Shown: piece after piece, positions 12,616 to 25,538 of the stretch
How the letters are laid out: the number at the start of each line of letters is the position of its first letter
How positions within the stretch are numbered: the stretch's first letter is position 1
NCBI GenBank assembly: GCA_011109175.1
Contig: RDEW01000011.1
Location: 114,712 to 178,711 of the forward strand
Length of the DNA: 64,000 nt
Reading direction: 5' to 3'
Origin: Dicyema japonicum
Lineage: Eukaryota; Animalia; Dicyemida
Notes under the pieces: generated by a model
Told to the model about the DNA's origin: nothing
Databases searched by the model: none
Seen by the model: only the letters and a program-made list of their open reading frames with translations
Position numbers and translations under genes: made by a program

Positions 12616-13851
12616 GTTATGTCCTCATATTGAAATTTTTTTTATCCGGGTCAATATATATAAGTCCCGTTTCACTATTGTCAATGTATATATCTCACAG
12701 ATTTTGTGTGTTCCAAACTTTACCCTAAACTTACTTCCACTTTTTTCTATTGACGTGGAGTGCAAATTCTGCATGGTATGGAGGATTTAGTTATTCTAAA
12801 ATGATCCTGTTCTAAGTCTTTGTTGTTCTACGTTTAATCATTCTAATACTTTTCGGGATATCTCCCTCTGTTCTATCGCTCTCAAAGTCCAATGAGATGT
12901 CCTTTTAAGATCTCCCAACTGATCACAACCCGATTTTATTTACCTTAAACTATCATCCTATAAAGAGGATGATCACCGAAGACGCTATATTAACTATAAA
13001 ACGCGGAAAGTAGGATTCTTACAAAAACGAGACCGAAAGCGTAACTCAACGACTTTTCTTGTGTTTCTTTCCGCTCTTTGATGCTTTTGTTGAGTTCCTC
13101 CACAAATTTCTAATACCTGAGACAAAAAATGTATTCCCCGTGGTTTCATCGCTAATCATATTTTCCGCTCACACTTAACTGGTATCTCAAGAAAAAATTG
13201 TGTGTTATTATTCCGAGACCAGGTCAACTTATTATCATTATGCGAAAATAGGACTACGATCCTATCCCGAAAGGACTCCGTTGTAAGAATTTTCTTTTTG
13301 AAAATTTCGAGAAAGCATAAAATATTCAAGGATAATTTTTGCTTTGAGACTAAAATGTATTATCAAAAATGGGTCTCAAATATATAGAGCTTGTTTAAGT
13401 AAGAAAAGCATGCATTAAGATGCCAAGGCCACGATTGACCAGAGTTATCGAAAGTGAATATATTCTGTAGCTCTAAGCATTATATCAGGCGATCTCGTAT
13501 AATCAAAAAAATGCATAATTCAAATGCCAAATTCTTTAAATCGCCAGAAAAAAAGCTAACCAGTGTCGGAAAGTTAATGATCCTTTTTGGTGCATTCTTG
13601 GCACTGAAACAGTTGGATCTTGTAACACCACTCTAATTTAACAAGAGAAGAGGAGGAACAGATTATAAGGGAAGAAACAAGTCTGTTGGTTTTTTTAATT
13701 GTGGTTTTTGAGCAATGATGATAAACAAATTAACTTTGAATATTAATTTACTAAAAAACTAAATTTTAATAAAATAATTCCAGTAAAAAATAAAATATTG
13801 ATTTTAGATTATTATTATTAAATTTTCTTTGAGCATGAAATTTAATTTGTC

Positions 13852-16096
13852 ATGTTTCTGATTAGTCGTTCGGCTCGAATATTTCGTCTTGATGCTTTGA
13901 AATCTTCAACATTCACCAGCAGACATATCGGACCTTTTCCAAAAGATGTGCAGAAAATGCTGGAGATCATCAAAGTCAAGGTTAATCGATTTTATGACAT
14001 TTAGGATTTGGATCTAGTCAAAAATGTCGTACCTGCTGATATTTTACTCAACCGAAAACTAAATATTCCGCCAGAACTTAGTTGAATTATTTTTTAAAGT
14101 CAAAGGCGAATCTGAGGCACTAAGAGGCCGAAAGGATATCAAAAATGAACACTGTGGGAAGGTCCTTTATTGGAATGGGGTACCACAACTGTAATATCCC
14201 CACTACAATAATCAGAAACGTGCTGGAAAACCCTGGATGGTTATATAACCCCTTAAACTCGTTAGGTACACCGCCTACACTCCATACCAGGCTGAGATAT
14301 CCCAGGGACGTCTGGAGGCTCTCTTCATATTCCAAACAGTCATCTCGGACCTCACAGGACTACCATTTGCGAATGCTTCACTTCTTGATGAGGGCACAGC
14401 GGTTGCCGAGGCAATGGGAATGGTTTATCGGTTGGATTTATGATCATTTTAGAATTACTAAACGGAAGAAATTCTTTGTTGACCAGTTCATTGACCCTCA
14501 GACACTCTCAGTTGTTAACACAAGGGCCAGGTCTTAAGTTTTTATATTTAGACTTTTTGGCTGGGATGTTCAGATCGGAAATTTGCTTACAGATTCGATC
14601 TCTGGTAACACTGCTGCCGTCGTATTTCAATATCCAAATACTTTTGGGAACATCATTGACAGATTCGATCTCGTCCCTTATTAAACCGACTGGAGAATTC
14701 GGCGTTGATATTGCAGTCGGGTCTTCTCAAAGACTAGGTCAGCCAGTCGGGTTTGGTGGACCACACGCAGCCTTTATTGCTTGCAAGAAAGAGCACGTGC
14801 GTAATATTCCAGGAAGAATAGTCGGACAGACAGTGTTTGTTTGATTTTTAGCAGTTCAGTACCAACGACGGAGAGAAGAGTTACAGATTGGCTCTGCAAA
14901 CTCGGGAACAGCATATCAGGAGACAAACGGCCACAAGCAATATCTGCACGGCTCAGGCACTTTTGGCTAACTTGTGTTCGTTTTACTGCGTTTACCACGG
15001 AAAAGAGGGGTTAGAGTCATTGGCTAAGAGGGCAAATTCCAATGCCCGATTTTTAGCGAACCGTATACTTTCTGAAAATATTTAGAACTGTCCAAGAATG
15101 GATACAAGATAGCGTATGATGACTACTTTGACACCATCACAGTAAAAGGAGGTGAAGGAATTCGTCAAAAATACACGGAACAAGGATATGTAAGGTTGAT
15201 CGATTAAGAAGTAGGTGGTTGTTTCATTGGATGAGACTGTAACCCATGTGGATATGGCTTCTCTTTGCAAAATATTTGGGGTTGACTTTGAAGTATTGGT
15301 TTTGTTTATTTTATGGTTAATGAGTGGTTGAACACGCCCTTCTCCATAAAACAAAGACGGCACTCACAATTCCTTACTGACCAAATATTTAGAGAGTATT
15401 CCCACTATTGACACGTGTAGTTTCAAGTCGGAGACGGAATTTATGAGGTTTGTGAAAAAATTGTTAAATAAGGACATTTCGTTGGTCCATTCGATGATTA
15501 GTCTGGGATCCTGTACGATGAAGCTCAATTTTCTGGAGGAGATAATATTGTAGAGTTTTGTGCCCACGAGTTTATAATCAATTTAGAGGAGTTCAGCAAG
15601 TCCGCAAAGATCGATCCAGTCGACGTGGCCAAGAGATTGATGGATTACGGTATTCAGGATTGTTTCAGTTTAGGGTACCATGCCCCACGACGTCTTTTCC
15701 ACTGAAGAATGTGCTGATGATTGAGCCCACTGAGTCTGAATCGTTGGGTGAACTCGGCAAATTCTGTAACGCTATGATCTGTATTGGGGATATTTACAGG
15801 TAAACCATCCGTGGAGAGATCGCTGATATTGAAAATGGACGAATGGACCCAAAATTTAATCCACTTAAGGTTGATGTCTTATATCTAGGTTAAGATGTCC
15901 CCACATACAGTCCGGGTGGTCTGCTCCTCTCATTGGGACCGTCCGTACTCCCGAGAGACGGCAGCCTTTCCATCGGTTGCTACTCCTCAGTAATTTTTAG
16001 AAACTGATTAGTCCATCTAACAAAGTCTGGCCTGCTGTTGGACGTGTCAATGAGGTTCATGGAGACCGGAATTTGATTTGCAAAATTACCAATTGA
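13852..16096 (+). pseudogene. GLDC: Glycine dehydrogenase (glycine cleavage P protein), intron-containing, with internal deletions
   Basis: [117 protein letters not shown] joins directly and out of frame to FSGG..CAHEFI near 15529, so the HLNLHKTF PLP-lysine region is missing; a second out-of-frame deletion lies near 14660. Confidence 0.9.
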
Positions 16097-16130
16097 TACT
16101 AATAATTACCTGATCTCGATATTCTTATAA

Positions 16131-16447
16131 AATAAATAAAATTGCACTTTTTGTTACAGCCATATTGCCTATAGCGCCGCACAGGCAGGACACACACTTT
16201 AAGTAAAGTTATGATAACTAATCGTAGAAATGGGGACCCGGAAATGCTCTTCACTTCTATTTTTATTTTTGTTGTGTGTGAATCCTTTATAGATAATCAG
16301 GTTCGCAGTTAATTATTAACTGATGATGGTGTAGCTCGTCAATCCAAACCATCGTATATGCGTGGAACCTTCAGTCGGAATGTACAGGAGCGAGATTCAG
16401 ACCAGGGACCATCAGGCCTTTTTGGCCGCCACTTATGACACTGTGAA
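16131..16447 (-). mobile_element. SINE family A, full-length copy with 12-bp TSD
   Basis: ATATTCTTATAA at 16119-16130 and 16448-16459 flanks the copy; head type 2; inserted about 35 bp after the GLDC stop. Confidence 0.9.
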
Positions 16448-16887
16448 ATATTCTTATAATATATAACATTCGTTAATGTTCGTTTTTAGTAAGATTTTCT
16501 CTGTCGTTGTTGATAGTGAAGGATTCCAGAAAAAGATGTGGATTTTTCAAGTAAGGGTGATTTTATCTTAGTAAATCGGTATATTGATTATAGATTTAAA
16601 TAAGTTACCGTTTTCAGTTTTACTATTTTCTTTTGTTTAGAACCTAGGGTTTCTAATGTCTTTTGAGTTTATCCCCTCGTATATGGTCACAAGAAGATAT
16701 AAGACATTGGTTACTATCCTCATGAAACAAAGTAGACATTTGTTCACCTTTATGAACCGATTATGTGGTTCATTAAGTGGATTAATTTTAATACTATTAC
16801 AAATGAACTGTAACATTAACTGAACTATTTTTAAAGGATAGATTTTTTGGGCAGATATGAGATTGGATTATTGCATCATATTTCAAT

Positions 16888-17260
16888 CCGATCAGGTAGT
16901 GGAGTTAGTAGTGCTCTCAATTTAGCTGTGGGTTCCATTCCTTAGCAGCTACCTTAAAATGATCTCTTTCTGCATTAGTCTTCTTCAATTCCTAGGAGGC
17001 GTCATGTGATCCACCTATCGATACCTGCTTAATCGAAGGATTTCTTTTCTGCTTATTCTCTTCTTCAATTTCTAGAGGCGACATTGGATCCCTTAATTCA
17101 GAAGACATCCAACCCCCCTCTGGCATTCAAAAAGAATTTTTCTTTCCCCTACACCAGTTAGGGGGTTCTCGTAGTGCAGATATTTGGAAAGGATACATCC
17201 CATTCCGACCGGAGGAACTGGATACCTATTTCAAGTATATCAGGGTTATTAAAAAATAAT
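16888..17260 (+). mobile_element. SINE family C copy
   Basis: A-box tcaggtagtgg, B-box-like ggttccattcc, family-C body with an internal tandem duplication (ttcttcaatt..ggcg..gatcc twice), tail cagggttattaaaaaataat. Confidence 0.6.
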
Positions 17261-17884
17261 CCACCTTCTCCTCGTGTTTAATTACAAAACAATCCAATAG
17301 TATTTTTTATATACTCATGGAATTCTTCGCTGTTTAACCAAGAGTCCTTGATCTCTTACTTCTTATATAAAACGGTCATGGTATCCAATGTTTTCTTGAT
17401 TACCAGGGATTAAATATATGCATATGTTCTTTGGCTAATATTCAATGACTTGACATAATGTTGGAAGGCCATCCAAAGTTAGTACTATCGGAGTGACTTT
17501 CCCATGATGTATCATCTTTATCTCTAGAAATAAGGTCTAATTTCCTTAGTTTTTCACACTCCATTTGCTGAAAAGTTTTCGAAGGTGTTTTTCCCACGTC
17601 AATTAAGAAGATTTGATATGCTTATCAATGACGGACAGGTTTGGCTTATTATGCTCAATTACCTAAGTAAGAAGTTATTTCAACATGACTTCTATGACTC
17701 TACCATGATCTCAAAAGAACAGGTTTATTCCAAAGCAGAATGATGTTTCTGATTATTCCCTTCTTAAAGGTAACCAATGAGAGGAATGTTGAATACTGAT
17801 ATAATCTTCCGAAATGATTCTCCAACTCCAAACAGAATTGTCTGAAATACAGATATGGAGCATTTGAAAGGGATGATGCCTGAG

Positions 17885-18480
17885 TAGAAAGCCCGTTACA
17901 GGATCATCTGTGAAGATAAATATGAGAGGCTACTGAAGCAATCAAACCAACACAGACGTGCCTGTCTAGTTACTGAAGATGCGAATGGAGTGGCGCTTGG
18001 ATCTATGCCCTCTCCGTTTGTAGTGTCGGGACCCACCTTGACGACGACACTGTCCGCATCGGCAACTCCATCAGACTTGGACTGAAGATTTGCCAGACAA
18101 ATGCTGGTGTGGCAGCACCGTCGATTGTTATGGACATCATGCCCTTTCTTGTCGAAGAAGTGCAGGACGATTCCCAAGACATAACGAAATTTTTAAGCGA
18201 GCCCTGGAGTCTGCTGGATACCCCTCCATTCTTGAACCTGTTAGCTTAGACAGAGGAGACGGAAAACGGTCTGGCGGAATCACAATTTTCTCATTCGAGG
18301 AGGGGAAACTTTTGGTCTGGGATGCTACTTGTGTCGACCCTCTTTGCCCATCCAACATTGTCGGGAACGTGGTAGAGACACTGCATGCCGCGGAAATAGC
18401 GATGAGGTGAAGATAAAAAATACGAAGCTCTACGCGACCAATTTGCGTTCTATCCCACAGAGATCAACTGGAAAAACCAC
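17885..18480 (+). mobile_element. CRE-like element: zinc knuckle and restriction-like endonuclease
   Basis: CWCGSTVDCYGHHALSC (CCHC), RHNE, RGDGKRSGGITI (degenerate RPDG), LVWDATCVD. Confidence 0.9.
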
Positions 18481-18699
18481 TGAGTCTCACGTAAGTCGTA
18501 ACATTTTAGTGTATGCAGTCGTCCCAGCTTTTGAGGAATTGAAAGCAACATCATAAAAAGTTAACTCATTTATTCGAAAATCAAATATCTTCAAAATTGA
18601 GTTGAATAATAGTGAAAACGTGAGCTTCCTGGATTAAACAGAAGTATCTATGAACTCAACGACGGTAAGTTGCCCCATATAGAGAAAACGAATGAATGA

Positions 18700-18860
18700 A
18701 AATTCCAAAGGTTAACACCAACTAACTACTCACGTGATCCCGACACGCTCCAGTAGAGACCTAGTCTTGTTCCGAAACTCCTCTTTCGAACCCAGGCGTA
18801 TAACCGGATGCTTGCAGTTGAACGACCAAGCCCCACAGATTTTACGATTTTTCATAAAAG
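18700..18860 (-). mobile_element. I/Jockey-like LINE (GIT* family) 3' end
   Basis: ORF end KTRSLLERVGIT* followed by the 3'UTR gtagttagttggtgtt..ctttggaattttcatt shared with 25565 and 46180. Confidence 0.7.
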
Positions 18861-18927
18861 ATCTTAATAACCATAACCACCAAACATTCAAAAATAAAAC
18901 CTAAATAGCAAAAAAAAGTTAATAAAA

Positions 18928-19831
18928 TTATTTAATTCCAGCAGATTTGAGTAATGAAGCGGTCTTAGACACGCAAAACAATGCATTGAGATCCTAAGGA
19001 ATAAAACAGGAATCAACCATCAAAGCGTTGTTGAACATATCAGAGGAGCTGGAATCCACCGGGGACGACAGATACTGAACCAAACACTTTAATTGCCTCC
19101 CCACATCTTCATTTGGCTTAATTGAACCATCCTTAACATGTCTAAACAAACTAACCTTCACTCTTCTCACGTATTCGATAATCTTCTTGAGCAACTTCCG
19201 AACATCCTCTGTACGGTCCATGGTCACGGGGGAATTCAGTTTTTCAATGAGCGAAGTAACTAAGATAAATCGGAAGAGTCAAACCAGCAGTGACTTCAGC
19301 ATTATCACAGTAAGTCATGAGAGCAATGGGTACAAGCATTCCGCCCAAGAATTTGGCTGAGAGGGAAATTGGGAGACCCACAAACGCCTCAAACATCTGA
19401 TTAGTCACACATTTGGAAGTGTCCATCGACACAAAAATGAGAGATCGTTTTAAATTGTTAGTAAACTGTTTATGGAGAGTCCAAATATATGAGTTGCCCT
19501 CACTGGAGGTGCAAAACCATCCAACTAATTGATCTTGAGGATAACTCATAGTATGGGCGTTCACGATGTTGTTCTCCATATCTGAGATCTACGGAAATTT
19601 ATGAATATGGAGACTTTTGAGGTGTCATTGCAATCATCAGGGAGACCAAAGGCGTCAAATATTTCAACGCAGCCTTTTGTTCTCCTATAACAACCTGAAA
19701 ATAATAATTACTCGTAAAATACCCATTAAAAAACCAATAACTCCCTGAGCATTGGGCGCCCGTCGAATGTGCAACTGGCAGATAGTCATAGAGGCTGTTG
19801 GATGTAATTCACATGTTATATCACTGAGCAT
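18928..19831 (-). CDS. EIF3F: Eukaryotic translation initiation factor 3 subunit F (MPN domain)
   Basis: MLSDITCELHPTASMTICQLHIRRAPNAQGVIGFLMG...VEIFDAF...LVGWF...VSMDTS...DVGRQLKCLV...MFNNALMDL, co-linear with eIF3f; short introns. Confidence 0.8.
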
Positions 19832-19914
19832 GAGAAAAGTCAATTTGAAAATTAATTTATAATTTATTTAAATAGTTTTTAATAATTACTTTACGTATTT
19901 TATTTCAACATAAG

Positions 19915-20110
19915 TGCTGACACTCTTGTCGTGTTTACCCATAGGTTCGATTCTCGTACTGCTACCTACTTTGTCAAATGATCCTTTTCTGCTTTTCCTC
20001 TTCTTTAATTTTAAAGATGCGTCATGCGATCTACCTAACTTACGAGACGTTAATTGCCTGACCAGTATCCAAAAAGGATTCAATTGTCTCAGTAATAAGA
20101 TCACTATTGA
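19915..20110 (+). mobile_element. SINE family C, partial
   Basis: B-box ggttcgattctc followed by the family-C body gatgcgtcatgcgatctacctaa..tatccaaaaagga. Confidence 0.55.
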
Positions 20111-20129
20111 TTTCTAAAAAACGGCACTT

Positions 20130-20265
20130 TTACGCAGATCCATATTAGCTATAACTCCGCTCAGGCAGGACACACTTTAAATAAAGAACGGTAATCGTAG
20201 CTAATCGTAGAGGGAGAACCAAGGAATGCTATTCACTTCTTTTTGTTGCGTGTGGTCTTATTTAT
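20130..20265 (-). mobile_element. SINE family A, 3' fragment
   Basis: ctccgctcaggcaggacacactttaaataaagaac..aaccaaggaatgctattcacttc. Confidence 0.75.
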
Positions 20266-20419
20266 GATCAGTTTTATGGCAAGGGTGGTGCCTGATAATC
20301 TTATCCTTAGTAGCGATAACAGTGTCATCAGCATAGCGGAATGCAGATTTCGTCATTAGTTTGTGGCTTATCATGGATCCGGTTTTAATCATTTATGGAA
20401 ATTTTTTAGCTTTAATAAT

Positions 20420-20550
20420 CTCAGGACGGCGAGCGAGATTCGCTCAAATAACCAGCAGCGCTCACGGGGATCTCCTAATCGCAGAAATCCGATTCACTAG
20501 TTGATTCAAGAATTCCAGCGTCGCAGGCGCAAGGGAGCCAGATGTCTGGA
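20420..20550 (-). mobile_element. CRE-like element 3' end
   Basis: Homologous to 3335-3480 and 63430-63560. Confidence 0.7.
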
Positions 20551-20789
20551 ATGAACAAAATCCTTGGGTAGGTCCACGTACTCTGCCTATTTCAAATTCT
20601 CAACGGCAGAACAGGCTCCGGAGGCACTTTTGAGTAGGTTACATAGGGCAAACGTGTCCGTGCAGAAGATCCGAGTGAAGATTCCACAGATGGAAATTAT
20701 ATGAGCAATCTAAATTAAACAAAGGAATCACTAAATTTATGTTTTTTATATTCTTAAACTAAAATGACAGAAAAGCTATTAATAATAAA

Positions 20790-21360
20790 AAATATTTGTC
20801 ATATATCTGGAGATAGCATTATGAAACCTTCGGAAGCTCTATGATGCCAAAATCGTCTAAATTGTCTACATGGACGACGCTGACTGTATCAGAAGACAGA
20901 TCGGCCCTACTTTGACTTTTCGAGGTGGCACCTGCTGAACAGAAAGTTTCTCAAAGTGAACACCTCAAAAACCGACATTATGGAAATCAGGAGAATGGAA
21001 AGCAGATCAAGTGAAACATAGCGAAAAAGAAACAAACTTGGCTCTTTACTTGGATACAGTCAAGATATTGCCAGAGAAAGGCCCTCGCTCGGGTAACTAT
21101 GAACAAGTTGAAGAAAGAGTGGATTAGCAAACGATGATCTTGCACATCACTTCGTTTGAGACTATATGGAGCCTTTGTCAAGCCGATCCTAATATAAAAT
21201 TCATCGACCTGGAGGATTTCCAAAACCGAACAACTTGGACTAGATTCTTCCATCGAAGACAACTTAGATCCTTACTAGGACTGAACTGGCCAACAAGAAT
21301 AAACAAGGAATTACTATATAAGAGATTTACGGGTCCACTGAGTCTCGAAATTTTTGATAC
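20790..21360 (+). mobile_element. RTE LINE RT/C-terminal relic
   Basis: LKVNTSKTDIMEIRR, RLYGAFVKPILI, DSFHRRQLRSLLGLNWPTRI. Confidence 0.8.
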
Positions 21361-22089
21361 GGCTGACTGAATTTACGGGTCGAATTCCTGCATTCTGGAG
21401 TCTAGTCTCGGAGACCTTGTACAACTAACTTTATTTTTTCCGATTTGTTCAATAACTTTGTCAAAATGTACACTAATATGTCAAAAAGTTTAAATTTTCA
21501 ATAAAAAACATCTTTATCGCGGTAAATAAAAAAATATATAATTACGGAATTAAAAAGATGACTTATCTGATGAAAACCGAAAACTCACTATAAATACGAA
21601 ACAGGGTTGGCTTATTCAAAAATAAGCGGGAAATCTGATAGAAGCCTTCGAGATCACTTAATTAATTTAGTAATTAAATTAACTATTGATGTTCTTGAGT
21701 CAATAATAATAATTCTTTGACCGATGACGTCGTATTTCCAGTGTATGTCTTTATGTGTTTCAAAAATATTGACTTGCGTCCCGAAATTGACGTTTGCGAA
21801 CTTCACATTTGTCTTTTAAGAAAATTCTGATATCAAAGTTCGATGATATGCTATCGACATTGTTTTCATCACTCGCTGTCTGACATGCTTCCGCACCAGC
21901 AATCATGGCTGAGTGCTTTTTCTATACGGACACATTGGGGAATGAAAAACCCTCAGTGACTTTGACTGGATGCTTGTCTCAAACATCGGGGGAACAGTCG
22001 ACATGAAAGGATTATATTTTCGACACGAAGGGATCTATATTCTGGGACATCCTCACTCAAGATCCTGGAACGTAAAGTTGTATCCACGA

Positions 22090-22300
22090 TAACCTTAAAT
22101 AGGTTTTATCCAGTTCCCTCAGTCGGAATGGGACGAATCCTTTCTCAGTATCTGTCCTTTCCAAATACCCGCCATTATGAGAACCCTTCCATTGCATTAA
22201 GGAAGAGGAGGATTTTTTTGGATACCAAGGAAAACGTCTCCTGAGTTAGGCTGAACCAATGATGTTTCTGGGAATTGAAGAATGCAAAGAACAATTCTAA
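22090..22300 (-). mobile_element. SINE family C body fragment
   Basis: Reverse complement of cattccgac..ggaactggata and ttcttcaattcc. Confidence 0.55.
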
Positions 22301-22834
22301 CGAATTTATTAGTTAGACAATCGATGACCCGTTCATAGAATATAAATTCATATAATTTGACATTTTATCAATTTATTACACATTAATTATTCCACCACGT
22401 AAAAATCTCAAATATCACTGGTGAGATCAGTACTACTTGTCCAAGTAAGTCCATCGTAGGCAATGTTCATTTCCCGCTCCTTATCTAGGAAACTATCCGC
22501 AGTACAGGAGGTTGTAATAAAGATAATTATAACAAAAGATCTAACCTAGTGAAAATCTTTTAATAAAATTACAGCGGAAACTCTTAGAGGCCCCTAGTCT
22601 ACCGAGATGTCCCCTGTTCCATACACTAACAAAATATCTGCAATCACATAAAAAGTTGGGCCGATGCCATGTCCAGTGTGAAGAACAGTACAGGAATCTA
22701 TATTCCACCGGACGGTCTGGGATCACTTAGTTATCGGTAACTTTTGTTTATTTCTCTCTGACCCAGTGATCCTGGTATAATAATTACTTGTCCAATTTTA
22801 TCAAAGTAAAAAATCAATGACATGTTTACAATTG

Positions 22835-23230
22835 AGCCATGTTTATTCGAGTCAGCACAAACAGTCCCAACTAATTAATCCGAGGAAGGAACCCAAGGAG
22901 AACATCTCCTTGTGCTGACCAAATCCATCTTCCAATAATAGCTTATAGGCTTCCGCTCCAGAGAGAGGTGGAGAATTAGGTTTACATGTCCTACCGTCCG
23001 GACACAACTTCATTTTTTATCAGAAGAGTTTTTATAATGGTAATCTTCAACAGTGGATTTGGCAAAGAGAAGGTGGGGATATCACTTCCAACAACTGTGT
23101 CGCGCCAGACTAACTCGTCGCCTCACGGATGGGATCTGTTTGGCCTTTGCTGAAAGTCCATCTTTCGGATTCGAACCCACGACTGTCAGATCCGATGCCA
23201 CAAGACGTTGCTTACGCTGCCAAGAAGGTC
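22835..23230 (-). mobile_element. SINE family B copy (tRNA-like head)
   Basis: Head with B-box gggttcgaatcc; body aatgaagt..gtcc..gacggtagg..gagcggaagcct..gatggatttggtc..gattaattagtt..actgtttgtgctg shared with 48115, 53283 and 61195. Confidence 0.75.
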
Positions 23231-23747
23231 GATTGATCTATAAAACATGGGAAACTTAAGAACTAAAAATATTATTAAAAACCACAATTAAATAGTTCTT
23301 TCATGTTTTCTCAGCATGTATGGTCTGTGTTATTAGCCAATGGCTATTCTAAGCGTGTGAAATTAGCCCTTTGTTACTCCACATACATTAGAAGACTGAG
23401 ACAATTATAATAAATCGATAAACACAACCACATAACAAGTTAAACTATTGACCAACCTAATAAGCCAACTAAATTATTGGACCAAACCAGTTGTGACATA
23501 ACCTATCGGAACTACAATAACCCCCACAAATTAAGGGATCTACCACTTAACAGAATAATCCTTATTAACATGAGATAAAAGATAGTAACCATCGCAACTT
23601 ATAAACCTGTTGATGTAATAATCTAACAAAATTAACCTGATCAACCCTCAACTAGAGAGATAATAACTCATTTAGAGATAAACACCCTCATAAGAGTATC
23701 TGAAATGGTGAACTCCCTAAGAAAGGGAACAACAAAACAGTGAATAA

Positions 23748-25437
23748 TTAATAAAAAGAAATGTACATCAACAATAATATTAATATAAGCATGACAAAAG
23801 ATATAATCTACAACATTACATACAACTACCTTATATGGATTATCACTTACATTACTAACTCCCTTATTAACAGTGCCAGGGGCTAACAACGATTGAGTAC
23901 CTCTCCACTTCACTTCACAAGTGGAAGACATACAACAGTCATTTCTTTCCAGCTCCTCGCACGTAGGAATAACCAACAAAGGACTATCCTCTTTCTCCAT
24001 CCCCTTATAGAGGGGAGACACTGACGCAGGTCCATTAATTTTCAGTTTCTCGTCGCATGTGGGACATTTATAAGCAGAACAATCGCTTATCACCCTCCGA
24101 TCGCAAGTGGGGGACACCAAGGAGTGACCAATGGTCTCATCCACTACAATAACTCCAACAATAACATTTTAGTGAGGACAACTGAGAAAATCGAGTATTA
24201 GCCATGAGAAGAGCCTCACTGAGTTGGGAAACCTGGGCGGACAAAAACTCAGTATTGGAACGTTCAGCATCCAACAACATCTGGAGGTCAGAGGAACATT
24301 CAGAAGTCTCCATGGATGTCAGGTCGTTCATGGTTTCTAAAAAATCAAAAAAACCAACTAAATTTGAATCCAATCTGTTTTCCGTTGTGGTCTTCAGTGA
24401 TTTTCGTAAGATTCCGTATTATTTCATCACAATTCTGCGGTAATCACTAAATCTACGTCCAGCTGCTGTCTCAGTTCAACTCTCTCCTCCGTCAGCCTCG
24501 TCACCTTTAAAGAACTATTTTCGACATCTTTTCTTAGCATATTATTGGCCTTCTTGAGGGACTCGATCTGTGTAAGACAGTCAATTAGCCTTTCCTGGGA
24601 TAAACCACTTGACTAACCTCATTTTCGAGTGACGTGGACCGCAAATCCTCGTTTTCCTGAATAACAGTTTCAATTTCGATCTATAATCACGTAAAACTCT
24701 AACCTTGTAAAGATTGTCACGTTTAAGTGTCATTTCCATCAAGGTTTCATGGTCAATATCCGTCCCCTCATTAGAGGCTAGCTGTTCGTGGAGGTAGTTG
24801 ATTCTCATTACCAGATCATTCACTTTAAGACGTCCCTAAAAGTCACCAACTTCACTGCCTCCAAATTATAACGAATCGAGTCCTCCCACGTGGCAAGACT
24901 GTTGTCAAGCATTTCTATCTGCCTGTCCACCTTATCGTGGTTATTGATGAGGTCCTCGACCAGTCTCTCGAGCTCAAAGACTCTATTGTTGGTGATTTCC
25001 AAAGGGAAACCTGGCAATGACCTGAATTGAATGAAAACTATTACATTTCGTCAGAGAAATCTACCCTGCAGATAACACAAGGGTAGAAGACTCCATCAGG
25101 GGTGGTAACACTGACCCCAAACTGAAGAACGGTCCCTTTGCCTATTTCATATGGTGTTTGAGATTCCCCATCCTGGTTGATCCGTTTATCGTTGATAAAA
25201 GTCCCATTGCTACTGTTTGTGTCCCTAATGAAGATCTAAAGTCATGAAAGGGATAACTTTATCATCCATGGACCAAATCAGAGCGTGGTTCTTGGAGAGA
25301 ACCCTGCATTCGAACATTCCATTTTCCCTTGTGGAGTTACCATCAACCTGTCGTCCAATGACGATTTGGTTAGACAGTGAAATGAATTTATTCTCGAACT
25401 TGAAGGAGTCTTTCAAGCATGTAAGGATAAGTTTCAT
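23748..25437 (-). CDS. SLMAP: SLMAP-like protein (N-terminal FHA, coiled coil, C-terminal tail anchor)
   Basis: IVIGR...NGMFECRVLSKNHALIW...FIRDTNSSNGTFIN...LQFGV, coiled-coil exons, and last exon IISFVMLILILLLMYISFY* after the 22-nt intron 23808-23829. Confidence 0.8.
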
Positions 25438-25538
25438 AGTCGGAAAGGTGCCACGACAACGGTAGACTAATTATTTTATATTTTTATTTAATAATTATTA
25501 TCTTACATAAGACGTCAAAATATTAATTCAATTAATAA

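Noticed and set aside
12620-13640. Possible membrane-protein gene on the minus strand
   Set aside because: Hydrophobic stretches are present, but I could not assemble a consistent exon chain or assign a family.
13852-16096. GLDC as a natural two-subunit GcvPA/GcvPB split
   Set aside because: The missing segment lies inside the beta-subunit-equivalent half and removes the PLP lysine; the junction is out of frame.
23880-24144. TRM1-like zinc-finger gene (CPTCDEKLKINGP)
   Set aside because: The segment splices in frame with SLMAP exons through a 22-nt intron, and the similarity is too short.
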